DNA of 64,000 nt from Chiloscyllium plagiosum (GCF_004010195.1 NC_057752.1:541908-605907); one strand, 5' to 3'. Shown: positions 50,749-63,750, counted from the first letter of the stretch. Notes: generated from the sequence alone by a model not told the origin. Made by a program: numbers and translations.

Positions 50749-50916
50749 GAGTGGAGTGTGTGGTGTTCGAAAAGTGCAGCAGGTCAGGCAGCATCCTGAA
50801 GGGTTTATGCCCGAAACATCTATTCTGCTCCTCAAACGCTGCCTGACCTGCTGTGCTTTTCCAGCACTGCACTCCATTCTGATCTCCAGTATCTGCAGTC
50901 TTCACTTTCTCCTAGG
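50749..50916 (+). mobile_element. Penelope-derived insertion with 5' inversion
   Basis: 9-bp TSD ATCTGTGGT; inverted arm 50749-50793 abuts CCTGAAGGGTTTATGCCCGAAAC. Confidence 0.8.
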
Positions 50917-51241
50917 ATCTGTGGTAAGTAAAGATTAGTTCTTGTTCCAACGATGCCTGTATTTTATAATTCTTATCATGTTCTTATTGCTGCATACCCT
51001 CTCTCTTCCCCCCCCCCCCCCCATTGTCTGTAATTTCTTCCAGCTCCCACATACCTTTTGACATCCCTGCACTCCTCCGTTCTGGCCATTTCCCATGTTT
51101 CAATCACTCCCCCACCGGTGGCTATGCCTTCAACTATCTGGGCATGCTCTTGTTCCCTCCCTTTTTAAAGGCTCCTTAAAACTAACCTCTCTGACTGCAT
51201 TTTGGCTGCCTGTCCCTATTGTCTCATGCTGCTTAGTAATT

Positions 51242-51440
51242 TCACACAACACCAGGTTATAGTCCAACCGGAAGCACGCTCGCTTATGGAACGCCGCTCC
51301 TTCATCAGACAGCACAACCACCTGATGGAGTGGCGTTTCGAAAGCTAGTGCGCTTCCAATTAAACCTGTTGGACTATAGCCTGGTGTTGTGTGATTTTTA
51401 ACTTTGTACACCCCAGTCCAACACCGGCATCTCCAAATCA
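51242..51440 (+). mobile_element. Fold-back Penelope-derived insertion (different family) with inverted hammerhead cores
   Basis: 12-bp TSD TGCTTAGTAATT; arms TCACACAACACCAGGTTATAGTCCAAC / GTTGGACTATAGCCTGGTGTTGTGTGA; related copy at about 58683-58870. Confidence 0.8.
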
Positions 51441-51891
51441 TGCTTAGTAATTGCTCCAGTAAAGTACCTGAAGGTCTTGTGTAGCATCTTTTGACATGAT
51501 CTAAAAGTACAAGTAGTTGTGTTTTTTTTGGTCACTGACCTGATTTTCTTTTTATCTTAACATTCCCTAACAAGCTCTGGTAGGTTGCAGGGAAATGAGA
51601 AATGAGCAGTGTGAATCATTGTGTCTCTCCACAAATTTGAGCATTGAATTCTGGTACATGGCAGTTTGGGAGAGAAGTTCTAGTATTCTAATCCTGTTTC
51701 TCAATGAAAATCCCAAACCACCAAATTGGGTGACCAAGAAAAGATTTGTTTTCACCACAGAACAGAGTTAAAACACCCATCAGTAACTCAGTCAGCAGAG
51801 TGTTTAATAACCTGGTTGGGGGAAGGAGGTTGTACTTGGCCCTTTCATACAAACTCTTCTCATGGATTTTTTTGTTCTTGTTTGTGGACAG

Positions 51892-52059
51892 GATCTGATG
51901 AATCAGTTGCTGAATGGTTTGGCATTCCTTCATTCTCAGAGTGTGGTGCACCGGGACCTTAAGCCAGAGAACATCCTGGTGACCAGCCGGGGACAGGTGA
52001 AGCTGGCTGACTTTGGCTTGGCTCGTATCTACAGCTGCCAGATGGCCCTCACTCCAGTG
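51892..52059 (+). CDS. CDK4: CDK4 coding exon 3 (168 nt)
   Basis: [60 protein letters not shown] acceptor, GTAAGC donor. Confidence 0.97.
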
Positions 52060-52646
52060 GTAAGCATAGTTGAAGGCTGTAGGCCTTGTAAAGAGGTGAG
52101 TGGACACTGAGGTGTTCAGATCAAGAAAGCCACCAGTTCAATTGCTCCCACTGGGCTAGGTGAGCTGGTCTTGGTGATAATGGTTTGCTGTATGTGGCAA
52201 CTTATTGGTGTAAGGTACTGTTCAGGCATCCCTTGTCCATGGAGCCAGAGCCTGGCATGAATTCTAAGTACAGGAGGAGGCTGCTGGCCCCCCCCTAGCT
52301 TGTTCTGTGATTCAGTCTGATCATAACTGTGTGCCCCATTTGGGATTCAGTTGTATAGCTCCTTTGAAGGACACTGGCACAATGGGCAGACTGGCTCCCT
52401 TCAGTGCTAAATCATTCTGATTCAAAATCCACAATTTATCCAAATTCTAGTCATACCCTTACTTAATTTTGAAATATCAATTTCCATCTTTTAAAATCTT
52501 CAATTCACCCCCAGCTTCTACCACTTTTTTTGAGGAGAGGGTTGGGGAGCAAAAATTGGGAATGTATTGAATTGAGAATCCTAAAAGATCCCATAAGTTT
52601 AAGTTACTTTATACTTGATTGTAATCTGATATATTTAACTCTTCAG

Positions 52647-52756
52647 GTGGTGACCCTGTGGTACCGTGCCCCAGAGGTACTATTGCAGGCAACATACGCT
52701 ACTCCTGTTGACATGTGGAGTACAGGCTGTATCTTTGCTGAGATGTTTCGACGAAG
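52647..52756 (+). CDS. CDK4: CDK4 coding exon 4 (110 nt)
   Basis: [41 protein letters not shown] acceptor, GTCAGT donor. Confidence 0.97.
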
Positions 52757-55700
52757 GTCAGTACTGAAAACCAAACCATTCACTCCAAAGATAGGGCCAA
52801 TGGCTACAGCACAGACTGTTATATGTTGTCCATCAGAACACTACAGATTAATTTTTTTTTGGTTTATTGACTTAGTATGAAATGGCGATTTTAACTGTCC
52901 TGTTGACATGTCCTGGTGCTGTAATATGGTGTTCAGTTTGAAATAGTTGGTTCAAGATTGCAAGGATTTATCACTATGGATTTTAAAAAAAAAAAAATGG
53001 TATTCTATCTAACTTCTGGAATCAGCACATTTGGTTTGTAATTTACACTCAATGTGTCCTGAGTTGTTTGGTATCTCTCACCAGTAGTACTGGATTGTTT
53101 TGCCACCAGAGACCCTAGTGTATTGCAGCCCTGGCAAACAGGAATGTTGTATCGGGAGCATTATTAGAGGGCCATGGAACTCTATATTCTGATTCAGCTT
53201 TCATAATTTAAACCATGTCTCTCTTCCTCTTGCCCCTCTCCAAACTCACATCACCAGTTTTTATACCGATCAGACGAGGCCAGGATGGATTTCTTGCTCT
53301 GATTTGTTAATGTCAAAGAGGGCATTATTCCCCTTGCATGTTCAGTGTCCCTTAGGTGGGAATGGAGAGAAATTGGTCAGCTTCTTAGATTGTTGCTAAA
53401 CAGTGACACCTCCTGGAGACTATATGTTGGTGGTAGCCCTTCAATAGCTAGCTAGCCAGCCAGCACTTTGTGTATGATGATTGGTGATTGTCTTGGGCGG
53501 CTGTGGGCTTCCTTCCCTAGGAAGGGAGCATGTGACTGGGAGAGAATTGGAGGGGTGTGTAACAGGATAGGAGATTTACATTTAAAGCCAGGTTGAATTC
53601 CATACTGTACTTTTAGTCTGTATCTCAATCCAGCAACTGTCTTGCCTCTTACTGGAAGACTCCAAATCACATGTACTGGAGGGTTGCAATTTTCTGAGGA
53701 TGTTTGTGTTTTGTTTGAAGCTTGCAGGAAACTTTTGGAAGTGAGGTAAGTGCTGTAACTTTTCATTTTAAGCATTGTTTTTGAACATGTTGCTTGGTGT
53801 TGAACTAAGGAAACTAACAATTAATCCACCTGTGCTGCACACATGGAACAATGAATGTCAAATTGGTGCAATCAATCCTTTTTTTTCCTTTCTAGCCTTG
53901 CTAGAAAGGAGCCACACTCCACATCAAACCCAGTATGATTCCAGTGTGCTAATTGCAGCATCTGTTTTTAGTGGGGGGTGGAGGAGGAGTCTGATTAATT
54001 CTGCTGCCACCCAGAAATACTCCTAGCTCTTATCTATAAGAGCATAGTTCGAATATATGTACTACATTTGGTTCTTGGGGGCAGATCCACAGATGTGACT
54101 TGGGTTCAGGTATAAGCATGTCTTCTGCTCCTGTCTCATTTGTCTTGTCATTTTGGTTTTGATGGCTTTGATTGAATTCAAAGACTTTGTTTGAAAAAAG
54201 CAGTTCTGAGGAAGGGTCACTGAATTCAAAATATTAACTCTCTGATTTTTCTGCACAGATGCTGCCAGATCTGCAGAGATTTTTCCCTCCATTTCTGTTC
54301 TTGTTTAAAACTTTGTAATTCTATTGCATTAGGTTTTTGGATTGATGTCACCCATTACTTCAATGCAGTCTTGGAATACGTAGTCTGTAACTTGGGAGAA
54401 ATTTGGTGTGTTGTTGATTTAAAATTTTTAGTCACAGAGCTCATGCCTAAGCTTATCTCAAGGTAATGCTTTGATCCTGTCTGTTGCTAGTTAATGAAGG
54501 AACCTGGTTTTTCAAAATTGTAAAATTTATCTGGAAATTCAAAGAACTCCCAATAATGAGAATTAAAAGTATTTGGCAGCTGTAGTTGTAGTTGAATTTG
54601 AAAAAGAACTATTGTAGGAGGAGTGTAACACTGTCAGACATGCTGGGTGGCCTTTCTGACTCATGATGGAGCCACAGACAGACAGACCTGCCTTAGGCTT
54701 TGCCATGACTGACATTGAAGGGTGGTCTTCAGTTTGTGCTGGTTTTGAAACTAATGCTGCATATGTTGAGCCTTATTGTGTAGAAGCCAAGACTCTCTGA
54801 AACCTGCATCATTTACTGAATTCTAGTGTATTTCCCTTTAACAAGGGCAGCAGCTGTTGTCCCGACTTAATCCCTGAAATGAGGCCAAGTTGCTTTTTTT
54901 TGTTAACGGGACTGCATAACTGTAGTGCTTTTTAAAAAAATCTTTTACATTTACAAAGCTACTGTTATGTCAATTGAATCAACTAATACCTCTTTTATAA
55001 TTAGTTCAGTTTTTTCAAGTTGTCTGACTGCATGCTGTCTAGCTTTTCATAAATTGTTTATTGTAGCATGTGTTTGCTTGGTGTTCAGGCTCCTTTTTTG
55101 CTCTGCCTCAACACTACCATAATTGAAACCTCCAAGAGAAACGTTTACTGCACTGGCATGAAATACTTTGTTTTCCTCCCAACAGTTTCTCTTTGACCTA
55201 ATTTAATGAGGTGTGCATGTTGCTGGTAAGCCCAGCACGCTTTGCCCTCTAAGATGGTAATAAGCCACCACCTTGAACTGCAGACTGTGGTATAGGTACA
55301 CCTGTGCTGTTGAAAAGGGAGTATTGAAAGAGCCGTAGTAAATTCTGTGGTGCATCTTGTACAACTATAAGCATCAACCAGAACCATCCGCTTTCCATTT
55401 GTTTGTGGTCCTAGGGACCCAGCAGAGTGGAGTGTTGCGTGGGTTTCAAAAGTCAGTTTCCCCTATTACCCTGATGTCCTCCTCTTTGAATTATAGCGAT
55501 GACCCTGAATAAAGATTATGGGTCAGTGAGACACTTCTGAGTTAGAAAGTTGTGGGTTTGCATCTTGCTCCAGAGACTCGTTCACAAAAATCTCCAGGCT
55601 GACACACCAATGCCTGATCAGGGAATGTTGTCTTTTGGGTGTCATATTAAGTAGGGCTCTATCAGCTCCCTCTATTGAATAAAAAGCACTTTTGAAGAGC

Positions 55701-56052
55701 CAGGGGAGTTATCCCCAATATCTCAACCAATACCTATCCGTTAATTTAAAGGTGTTTTTGCAACATAAAGCACTTATCAGGTTGCTTTTTTTTGGTGGAG
55801 CTTGCCGTGTGCATATTGGCTGTGTTTGCTACATTGCAACAATTACAAGACCTCAAAAGTACTGTAGTACTTTTGCTGAAAAGTGCTTTGGGGCATTTGT
55901 GAAAGGTGCTAAATAAATGCTAGTGTTTTTCCTCTAACTCCTCCTAAAGATGGTTCATTACTTGTAGGCTTCATACTGCGAATGGAGATATGCTGAACCA
56001 TTAGGCTTGTACTGTTCAAATGAAGTGTAACTGACAAACTGTCTTTTTACAG

Positions 56053-56103
56053 GCCTCTGTTTTGTGGGAAATCGGAACTTGACCAACTAGGAAAGATTAT
56101 TGA
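56053..56103 (+). CDS. CDK4: CDK4 coding exon 5 (51 nt)
   Basis: (R)PLFCGKSELDQLGKII(D); TTTTTACAG acceptor, GTAAGT donor; phases match neighbouring exons. Confidence 0.95.
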
Positions 56104-56667
56104 GTAAGTGTATTTGATGTGTACGAGGGAGGTTGGGGGGCGGGGGTGGGGTGTCTTCCAATTTCCAGTGGGTGGACTGAGAGATGGGGCCCTAAACCAG
56201 GCTGAGATTCACTGGGAGGTGGGTACAGGTGGAGGGGGGAGGTTCATAGTGTAACCTGGGGAAGTGCTTTGGGGAGGATAGCAGGAGATTCTGGCTGAAT
56301 AGAGTATGGTGGTACTGACCTGTTATTATTGCATGCGCAAAATTGGCTGTCGCATTTCCTATATTGCAATAAAGACGAGAATTCAAAAATGCTTGTAAAG
56401 TTCTTTGAAAAGTCCTGAGATTGTGAAAGGCGCTATATAAATGCAAATTTTTTTTATATCTTGGCTGATTTACATTTGGCCCTTTTGCACCTCATTGATT
56501 GCTGGCTCCATTTGAAAAATAACTGACTGTTGGCATCTGGGAAAGTTGGTGCATTGCATTGGCTAAAGGCGCAAATCTTAAAATAAAATTGAATTTTCAG
56601 GTTGTTCCTGGTTTTAGCTTGGCTGTAGTACACTGGTAATTGAGAATGGGAACTTCTCTGCTTTCAG

Positions 56668-56803
56668 CATGACTGGGCTCCCGGCAGAGGAAGATTGGCC
56701 AGAAGATGTGACGCTTCCACGAAGCGCATTCCCCAACCATCCTCCGCAATTGGTCAAGTCTTATGTACCTGAAATCGATGATTTGGGAGCAGAGCTGCTA
56801 TTG
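56668..56803 (+). CDS. CDK4: CDK4 coding exon 6 (136 nt)
   Basis: (D)MTGLPAEEDWPEDVTLPRSAFPNHPPQLVKSYVPEIDDLGAELLL; TTTCAG acceptor, GTGAGA donor. Confidence 0.95.
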
Positions 56804-58149
56804 GTGAGATGGACTCTTGGGCAGAAAATTCACAAACTCTCAATTTGAGAATGACATTTCTGGATTTGAAGCATAGGAATCCAGAGGACAGCTCATTTTG
56901 TCACCTTTTTGGCTGAGTATTCATTCCAGCCTCAATGTAGCTGGAATCTGTGTCCCAGGAAAGCAGATCATGGGAGGGTAGACCCTGTTGATCTGAGCTT
57001 TACAATCAAATGGACCTTAAGGTGGCTTTGAGAATTAAATATTTTTGAGAGTTTGTGGTATCTGCCAGTCAGTGTGGATGAGGGTGGAGGGGATATTGAC
57101 AACCAAGCCCCTGTCATTCCTATTTTTGACATGAGGCTGATTACCTTTCCACTCCCTGTGTACTGTACAGCATCTATTTGCTAAGATTTGCTTGAGCAGC
57201 AGTAGAGTGTGTGCGTGTGTAACAACTCTACTAGGCTAAGTTAGTGCAGCAATACTTGATTCCTTTGTTGCCAGCCTGTTTTTTTTAACCTGTCTCTTAA
57301 ACCACTGCATCTTTGACTACTTAAATATCCTCTCCTGTTTAGAGGAGAAACAGTTGGTATAAGGATCACTAATTATGTTGTACAGTAATAACTCCGGATA
57401 TCTGAAGTATGTCATAGAATATCTCCAGATCATTTTATGATAAATACAAATGAGGAAATAGGTTTGATCCATCTTAATTTGTTTCTTTGTCCAATTTGAA
57501 CCTGTACACATTCCTTTTCCACTGACCTATTGTCAGTTTACTTATCTGCTGTTTTACCTTCTCTGCTGCATTTGGTATACACCTTTTTGATGTTTATCAT
57601 TAACATCTGCAAACAAAAACAAGTTTCTCCAGTCATTCCTCGCAAATCAATCTCTTGGTGCAAAAGATCAACATTGTACTTCTTCTCCTGAACTGCAGCT
57701 AGGGCGTGAATGTTGCCTGTTTGTTCTGGTAATTCTTGGTTGCTGCCTGACCAGACCACTCTACAGTTGGAGCATAGCTTCTTCTTCCAATTTATGCTTT
57801 GTTCTTTGGCTAGTTTTCTTCTGTATTTGATTGGCTTTGTTGCTTGCAGCTCACCAGTTGCTGGACATACTGAGTTTTTCAGAGGCAGCTAAGAGAGGAA
57901 ATGAATGGTTATCCTTTCATTGAGCTTTCTTTTATGGTTGTTTTTTTTCATGCAGAATGTCCCCAGTGAGGGACAGACTGTGCTGGAAAGACAGCAGGTC
58001 AGCTAGCTGTGAAGAGAAAAGGTGGGGCTACATCTTAGTTTTTTGCGCATAAAAAAGCAAGTGAGCACCGTTTAAACATGACCACAAAGCTGTTGTGTTG
58101 TCACTTTTTAAAATGCAGCTGATTTATGACTGCCCTTCGGGAAGATCCT

Positions 58150-58945
58150 TCAATCCGACCAGTCCGTGTTGACCATAATCCCAAATAAACTAATCCCACC
58201 TGCCTGCTCCTGGTCTGTATCCCTCCCAACCTTTCTTCTTCTTGTACTTATCAAAATGTCTTTTAAATGTTGTAGTTGTACCCAAATCTGCCACTTCTTC
58301 CTCCAAGTTATTCCACACATGAACAACCTTCTGTTCTGGAAGAGAAAAAATTGCTCCTCGTGTCGTCTTCTAAATCTGTCCCCTCCACTTGAAAAATGTG
58401 CCCTCTAGTCTTGAAATCCCCCATCCTGGGGAAAAGACATCTACCCTTATCTATACCCCTCATTACCTTCTAAACTTTTTGGGTCACTTCTCCACCTTCT
58501 ATGTTCCAGTGGGGGAAAAAAAGTCCAAGCCTATCCAGCCTTTCTTTATAACTCAAACCTCCATACCTGGCAACATCCTGGTAAATCTCTTCTGAACCCT
58601 CTCCAGTTTAATATGCTTCTTATAACAGGGCAACCAGAACACAGTATTCCAGAAAAGGCCTCACCAATGTCTTGTACAACTACGATGTGGAGGTGCTGGT
58701 GTTGGACTGGGATGGACAAGGTCAAAAATTATATGACACCAGATTCTAGTCTAACAGGCTTATTTGAAAACATTAGCTTTTGGAACCTGATGAAGGAGCA
58801 GCGCTCTGAAAGAGTGTGTTTTCAAATAACCCTCTTGCACTAGAACCTGATGTTGAGATTTTTTGACCTTGTACTACCTCAACATGCTGTCCCAACGTCT
58901 ATACTCCAAGGACTAAACAATGAAGGCAAGCGTGCCAAATACCTT
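58150..58945 (-). mobile_element. CR1 3' fragment interrupted by a fold-back PLE insertion (about 58683-58870)
   Basis: CCTGGCAACATCCTGGTAAATCTCTTCTGAACC CR1 motif; insert has CCTGATGAAGGAGCAGCGCTCTGAAAG. Confidence 0.75.
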
Positions 58946-59094
58946 TTTTAACCATGTGATGCAAATATGGTTGATTCCTAACTGGCCTTGATGTGAGTCA
59001 TGCAAACTACCTCATTTGTAAAAGGACAACCGATCATGAGCAATAAATGCCAGACTTGCTAGTGGTACTGCTACCCAGAGGATGAATTAACTTA

Positions 59095-62000
59095 GATGTA
59101 CAACATGGAAATAGACCACTCGATCCAATTTGTCCATGCCGACCAGATATCCTAAATTAATCTAGTCCCATTTGCCAGCGTTTGGCCCATATCTCTCCAA
59201 ACTCTTCCTATTCATGTAGCCATCCAGATGCCTTTTTTAAATGCTGTAATTGTATCAGCCTCCATCACTTCCTCTGGCAGCTCATTCCATACACTCACCA
59301 AACTCTGGAAAAAGCTGACCCTTGCGTCCATTTTATATCTTTCCCCTCTCATCTTAAGCCTATGCCCTCTGGTTCTGGACTTCCCTACTCTGGGGGAGAA
59401 GAAGACCTTCGTTATTCACCCTATCCATGCCCGTTGTCTTTTTATAAACCTCCGTTCCAGGGAAAACAGCCCCAGCCTATTTAGCCCCTCCCTATAGCTC
59501 AAATCCTTCAACCCTGGCAACATCCTTGTAGATCTTTTTTAACCCTTTCATGTTTCACAGCATCCTTCCAATAGGAAGGAGACCAGAACTGCATGCGATA
59601 TTCCAAAAGTGGCCTAACCAACATCCTGTACAGCCTCAACATATCCTCCCAATTTCTGTACTCCATGCTCTGACCAATAAAGGAAAGCTTACAAAACGCT
59701 GCCTTCATTATCCTATCTACCTGCAACTCTTCCTTCAAGGAGCTATGAGCCTGCACTCCAAGGTCTCTTTGTTCAGCAACCACTCCCCAGGACCTTACCC
59801 ATTTAAGTGTATAAGTCCTGCTAAGATTTGCATTCCCAAAATGCAGCACCTCACATTTACCTAAATTTAAACTCCATCTGCCACTCCTTGGCCCATCTGA
59901 TCAAGATCCCATTGTACTCTGAGGTAACTTCCTTCACTGTCCAGCACATCTCCAATTTTGGTGTCAGCTGTGAACTTACTAACCATATCTCTGATATTCA
60001 CATCTAAATCCGTTATACAAATGAGGAAAAAGCAGTGGATCCAGCACCAATTCTCGCAGCATATTGCTGGTCACAGGCCACCAGTCTGAAAAAGTCTTCT
60101 ACACGACCTCTCGTCTCCTACCTTCCAGCCAATGTTGTATCAAAATGGCTAGCGCTCTCTCTGAATTCTGTGATATAACCAGTGTACTATGTGGAACCTT
60201 GTCAAACGCTTTGCTGAAGTCCATATAGACAATGTCCACTGCTCTGCTGTCTTCAATGTTTGTCACTATTTCAAAAAAAAAACTCAAAACAAGTGAGACA
60301 CCATTTCCCATGCACAAAGCCATTTTGATTGTCCCTCATCAGTCCTTACCTTTCCAAATGCACGTAAATCCTGTCCCTCAGGATTCCCTCCAACAAAGTG
60401 CCCACCACCGATGTCAGGCTCACCGGTCTATAATTCCCTGACTTTTTCTTGCCACCTTTTCATAAATATTGGCACCATGTTAGCCAACCTCCAGTCTTCT
60501 GGCACCTCGCCTGTGGCTGTTAATCCAAATATTTCAGCAAGGGGCTCAGCAATCACTTCCCTAGCTTCCCACAAAGTTCTAGGATGTACCAGATCAGGTC
60601 TTGGATTTATTGCTTTAAGACATCCAGCAGCATGACCTCGGTAATATGGACACTCTTCACAATATCATTAGAGAACTTGGAGAAGTAAATAGTTTCCAAA
60701 TCCTCCTTCACAGTAAATACTGCTGCGAAGTACTCTTTTAGAATGCTCCCCAATATCTCCTGCGGTTTCACACAGTTGGCCTTATTGATCTTTTAAGGGG
60801 CCCTATTCTCACCCTAGTTACTCTTCTGTCCTTTAATATTTTTGTAGAATCGCTTTAGATTCTCATTAACCCTATTTGCCAAAACTATCTAATGTCCTGT
60901 TTTTGGCCTCCTGATTTCTCTCTTGAGTATACTCCTCCTGCCCTATACTTGAGGGATTCATTTGATCTCAGCTGTCTACATCTGCCATTTGCCTCCTTTT
61001 TGTTGACCAATGCCTCAGTTTCTCTAGTCACCCAGCATTCCCTGCACCTACCAGCCTTGCCCTTCACCCTAACAGGAACATACTGCTTCTGGACTCTTGT
61101 TATCTTACTTTTGAAAGCCTTCCACTTTCCAACACTCCCCTTTTTTTTAAACCTGTGAACAGCTTCTCCTAGTCAATTTTTGAAAGTTCTTGCCTGATAC
61201 TGTCTGATCTAGGATCCTTTTTTCATTACTATTTTAAAACTAATAGAATTATGATCACTGGCTCCACTACTGACCTCAGTCACTTGCCCTGCCTTATTTG
61301 CCAAGCAAAGGTCAAGTTTTGCTCCTTAGCTATTAGGTACAGCCATATACTGAGTAAGAAACTTTCCTTGCACACGCTTAACAAATTCCCTCCCTCCGAT
61401 CCCTTGACACCATGGCAGTCCCAGTCTGTTTGGAAAGCTAAAATCCCCTGCCATTACAGCTTTATTATTCTTACAGATATGAGATATTTACAAATTTTGC
61501 TTCTCTATTTCCTGCTGACTATTGGGGGGGGTCTACAGTACAATCCCAATAAGGTGATCATCTCTTTCTTATTTCTCAGTTCCACCTAAATAATTTCACT
61601 GGATGTATCCTCTCCAAGTACAGCTGTAATATTATCCCTAATTGAAAATGCCACTGCCCTTTTCTATTGCATCTATACCCTGGAACATTAAGCTGCCAGT
61701 CTTGCCCTTCCCTGAGCCAAGTCTCTGTAATCGCTATGATATCCCAGACCCATGTTGCCAACAATGCCCTGATGAGTTCATCTGCCTTCCCTGGCAGGCC
61801 TCTCACATTGAAATAAAGTTTAATTTATCAGTCCTACCTCATTTTTCTCCCTTGTTCTTGTTTGCTTTGACTATTTGATTTGTTCCATTTCTCAGCTGTA
61901 GCAGTCTCAGACTTTTATTGCCTTTCTCACTAACTCTTTGGGTTCTGCTCCCTTTTAAAAAAAAACTAGTTTAAAGCCTCCTGAATAGTGCTAGCAAATC

Positions 62001-62620
62001 TCTCCACCAGAATATTGGTCTCATTCCAATTTAGGTGCAACCTCTGTCCCACTTCTACAGTTTACTTATATCCTAGAAGAAATTCCAATGATTCAAAAAT
62101 GCTCGACCCTGGCACCTGGGAAGCAACACACCATTCTAATGTCTCATTGGTTGCAGAAATGTCTCTGTGCTCTTAACTAGAGTTCCCTATCACCGTTGAT
62201 CGCTTAGAACCTGACATACCCCTCACTACAGTAGAAAGTCTCTACAGTTACCCGGCTGTCAGTGCTACGTCCATCACACCCTGAGAGTCCATCACACCCT
62301 CAGTTTTCCAAAACCGCATACTCGTTTGAGATGGGGATAGCCACAGGAGACTTCTACACCTACTTGCCTGTCCTTCCTTTCCTAGAGGTAACCTATCTAC
62401 CTGACTTTATCTGTAGTTTTTCTATCTTCCTGAAACTGCCATTCATCCCACCTGGTTCCTGTAAATTCCTCATTGCCTCTACCTGCTACTCCAACCAAAC
62501 CAAACAATCTGATAGGATTTGCAATCAAATGCATTTTCTACAGACATAATGATCAAGAACATTGAAATTCTCCCTAATCTCTCTCATTCAACAGGAAGAC
62601 CACATCACTGCACTAAAGGC
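59095..62620 (-). mobile_element. Near full-length decayed CR1 LINE in the last CDK4 intron
   Basis: Tail near 59095, RT (VDIVYMDFSKAFDKVPH, LEYRMQFWSP), APE endonuclease (WDIIAITETWLREGQDWQLNVPGY), ORF1-like remnant at about 61960-62600. Confidence 0.88.
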
Positions 62621-62942
62621 CATCTCTGCACCATGATAATCTACAGACCTAGTCTTGTTGCTCTAAAAACACTGCTGTAAGATAACTTAATACTTTTGAT
62701 TAGATTTTTAAAATGTAAAACATGAGACCGATCATGGTAAAGCATTAAAAAATGCCCTCCCCTACTCACTTATAAAATTTATTTATTTTTGTTGTAAATC
62801 TGAGTCTTGCAAATATTTAGTTTGAAAAAAATGACCTTGCGCTGTTAAGTCAAATTTCATGTGACAAATTATCAATGAGATTTAGTACTGTGAATATTCA
62901 GGAGCTTGCTGATAGAACGTTGATGTTTTGCTTTCTTTTCAG

Positions 62943-63032
62943 GAGCTATTGGCATTCAGCCCTCATAAAAGAATCTCCGCTTTTGACGCCCTGCGACATC
63001 CTTATTTTCAAGGCCAAAGTCCTGAAGTTTAA
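62943..63032 (+). CDS. CDK4: CDK4 last coding exon (90 nt including TAA)
   Basis: ELLAFSPHKRISAFDALRHPYFQGQSPEV*; TTTCTTTTCAG acceptor; spliced CDS is 894 nt = 297 aa plus stop. Confidence 0.95.
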   Translation, partial: ELLAFSPHKRISAFDALRHPYFQGQSPEV

Positions 63033-63750
63033 GATCGATAGTGAGCTGAGGATAAGAAACTGCCTGTGCCTTTGTCTGCAAATCATCACTTGGGTGCTAC
63101 TGTTACAACTGTCCTACAGACTTGCACTCAGGATAGGGAGGGAGGAGGGGTGTTTCACAGAAAACTGAGCATTAACCAACTGAGGGCTTGTCATAGTTTG
63201 CAAAATGTTTTTCCTTCTCATGTTGATTTGTAAAACCCTACTCCTTTGGCAAAGTGTGTGCAGCCTGAAATGTATAATTGAGTGGCTCTTTCGGGGCATC
63301 TCTCCCCCCCCCCGCACCACCACCACCGTCCAATGCAGCCTTCAGTTGGTTAAAATGACGTATCTTTGCTCTATGCATGGCATCATTTTCTTGATGTGCA
63401 CTAGTTTGCCTGTCCATTTACATGGAAGTCCAACTGGCACTGAACATGTTTCATGCCATTTGAGGAGGTAGTTATGCTGTCTATCCAGCTTCTTTCTTCT
63501 CTCCACCCCCTCCGACCCCCCCCCACTCCTCTAATGGTTTTGTTTAAAAGCATGGTTAGACAATAGTACTGTTTCAACCAACTCCATTTCTATGTTGGCA
63601 GGAATGAAAGACCTTCCTCTGAGGTTATATTAAAATGATTGCAGGTTGCTCCGCATTGCCCAGCAATAATTCTTCTCTTTCTCCCTTGCTCTGTTCTGCA
63701 TGGTCCTCCCCACCCGCCAAAAACAAATGACCAATGCATTAAACTTTCTC
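63033..63750 (+). other. Probable CDK4 3' UTR
   Basis: Unique sequence after the stop codon; ATTAAA variants at 63629 and about 63738; true end unknown. Confidence 0.5.
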
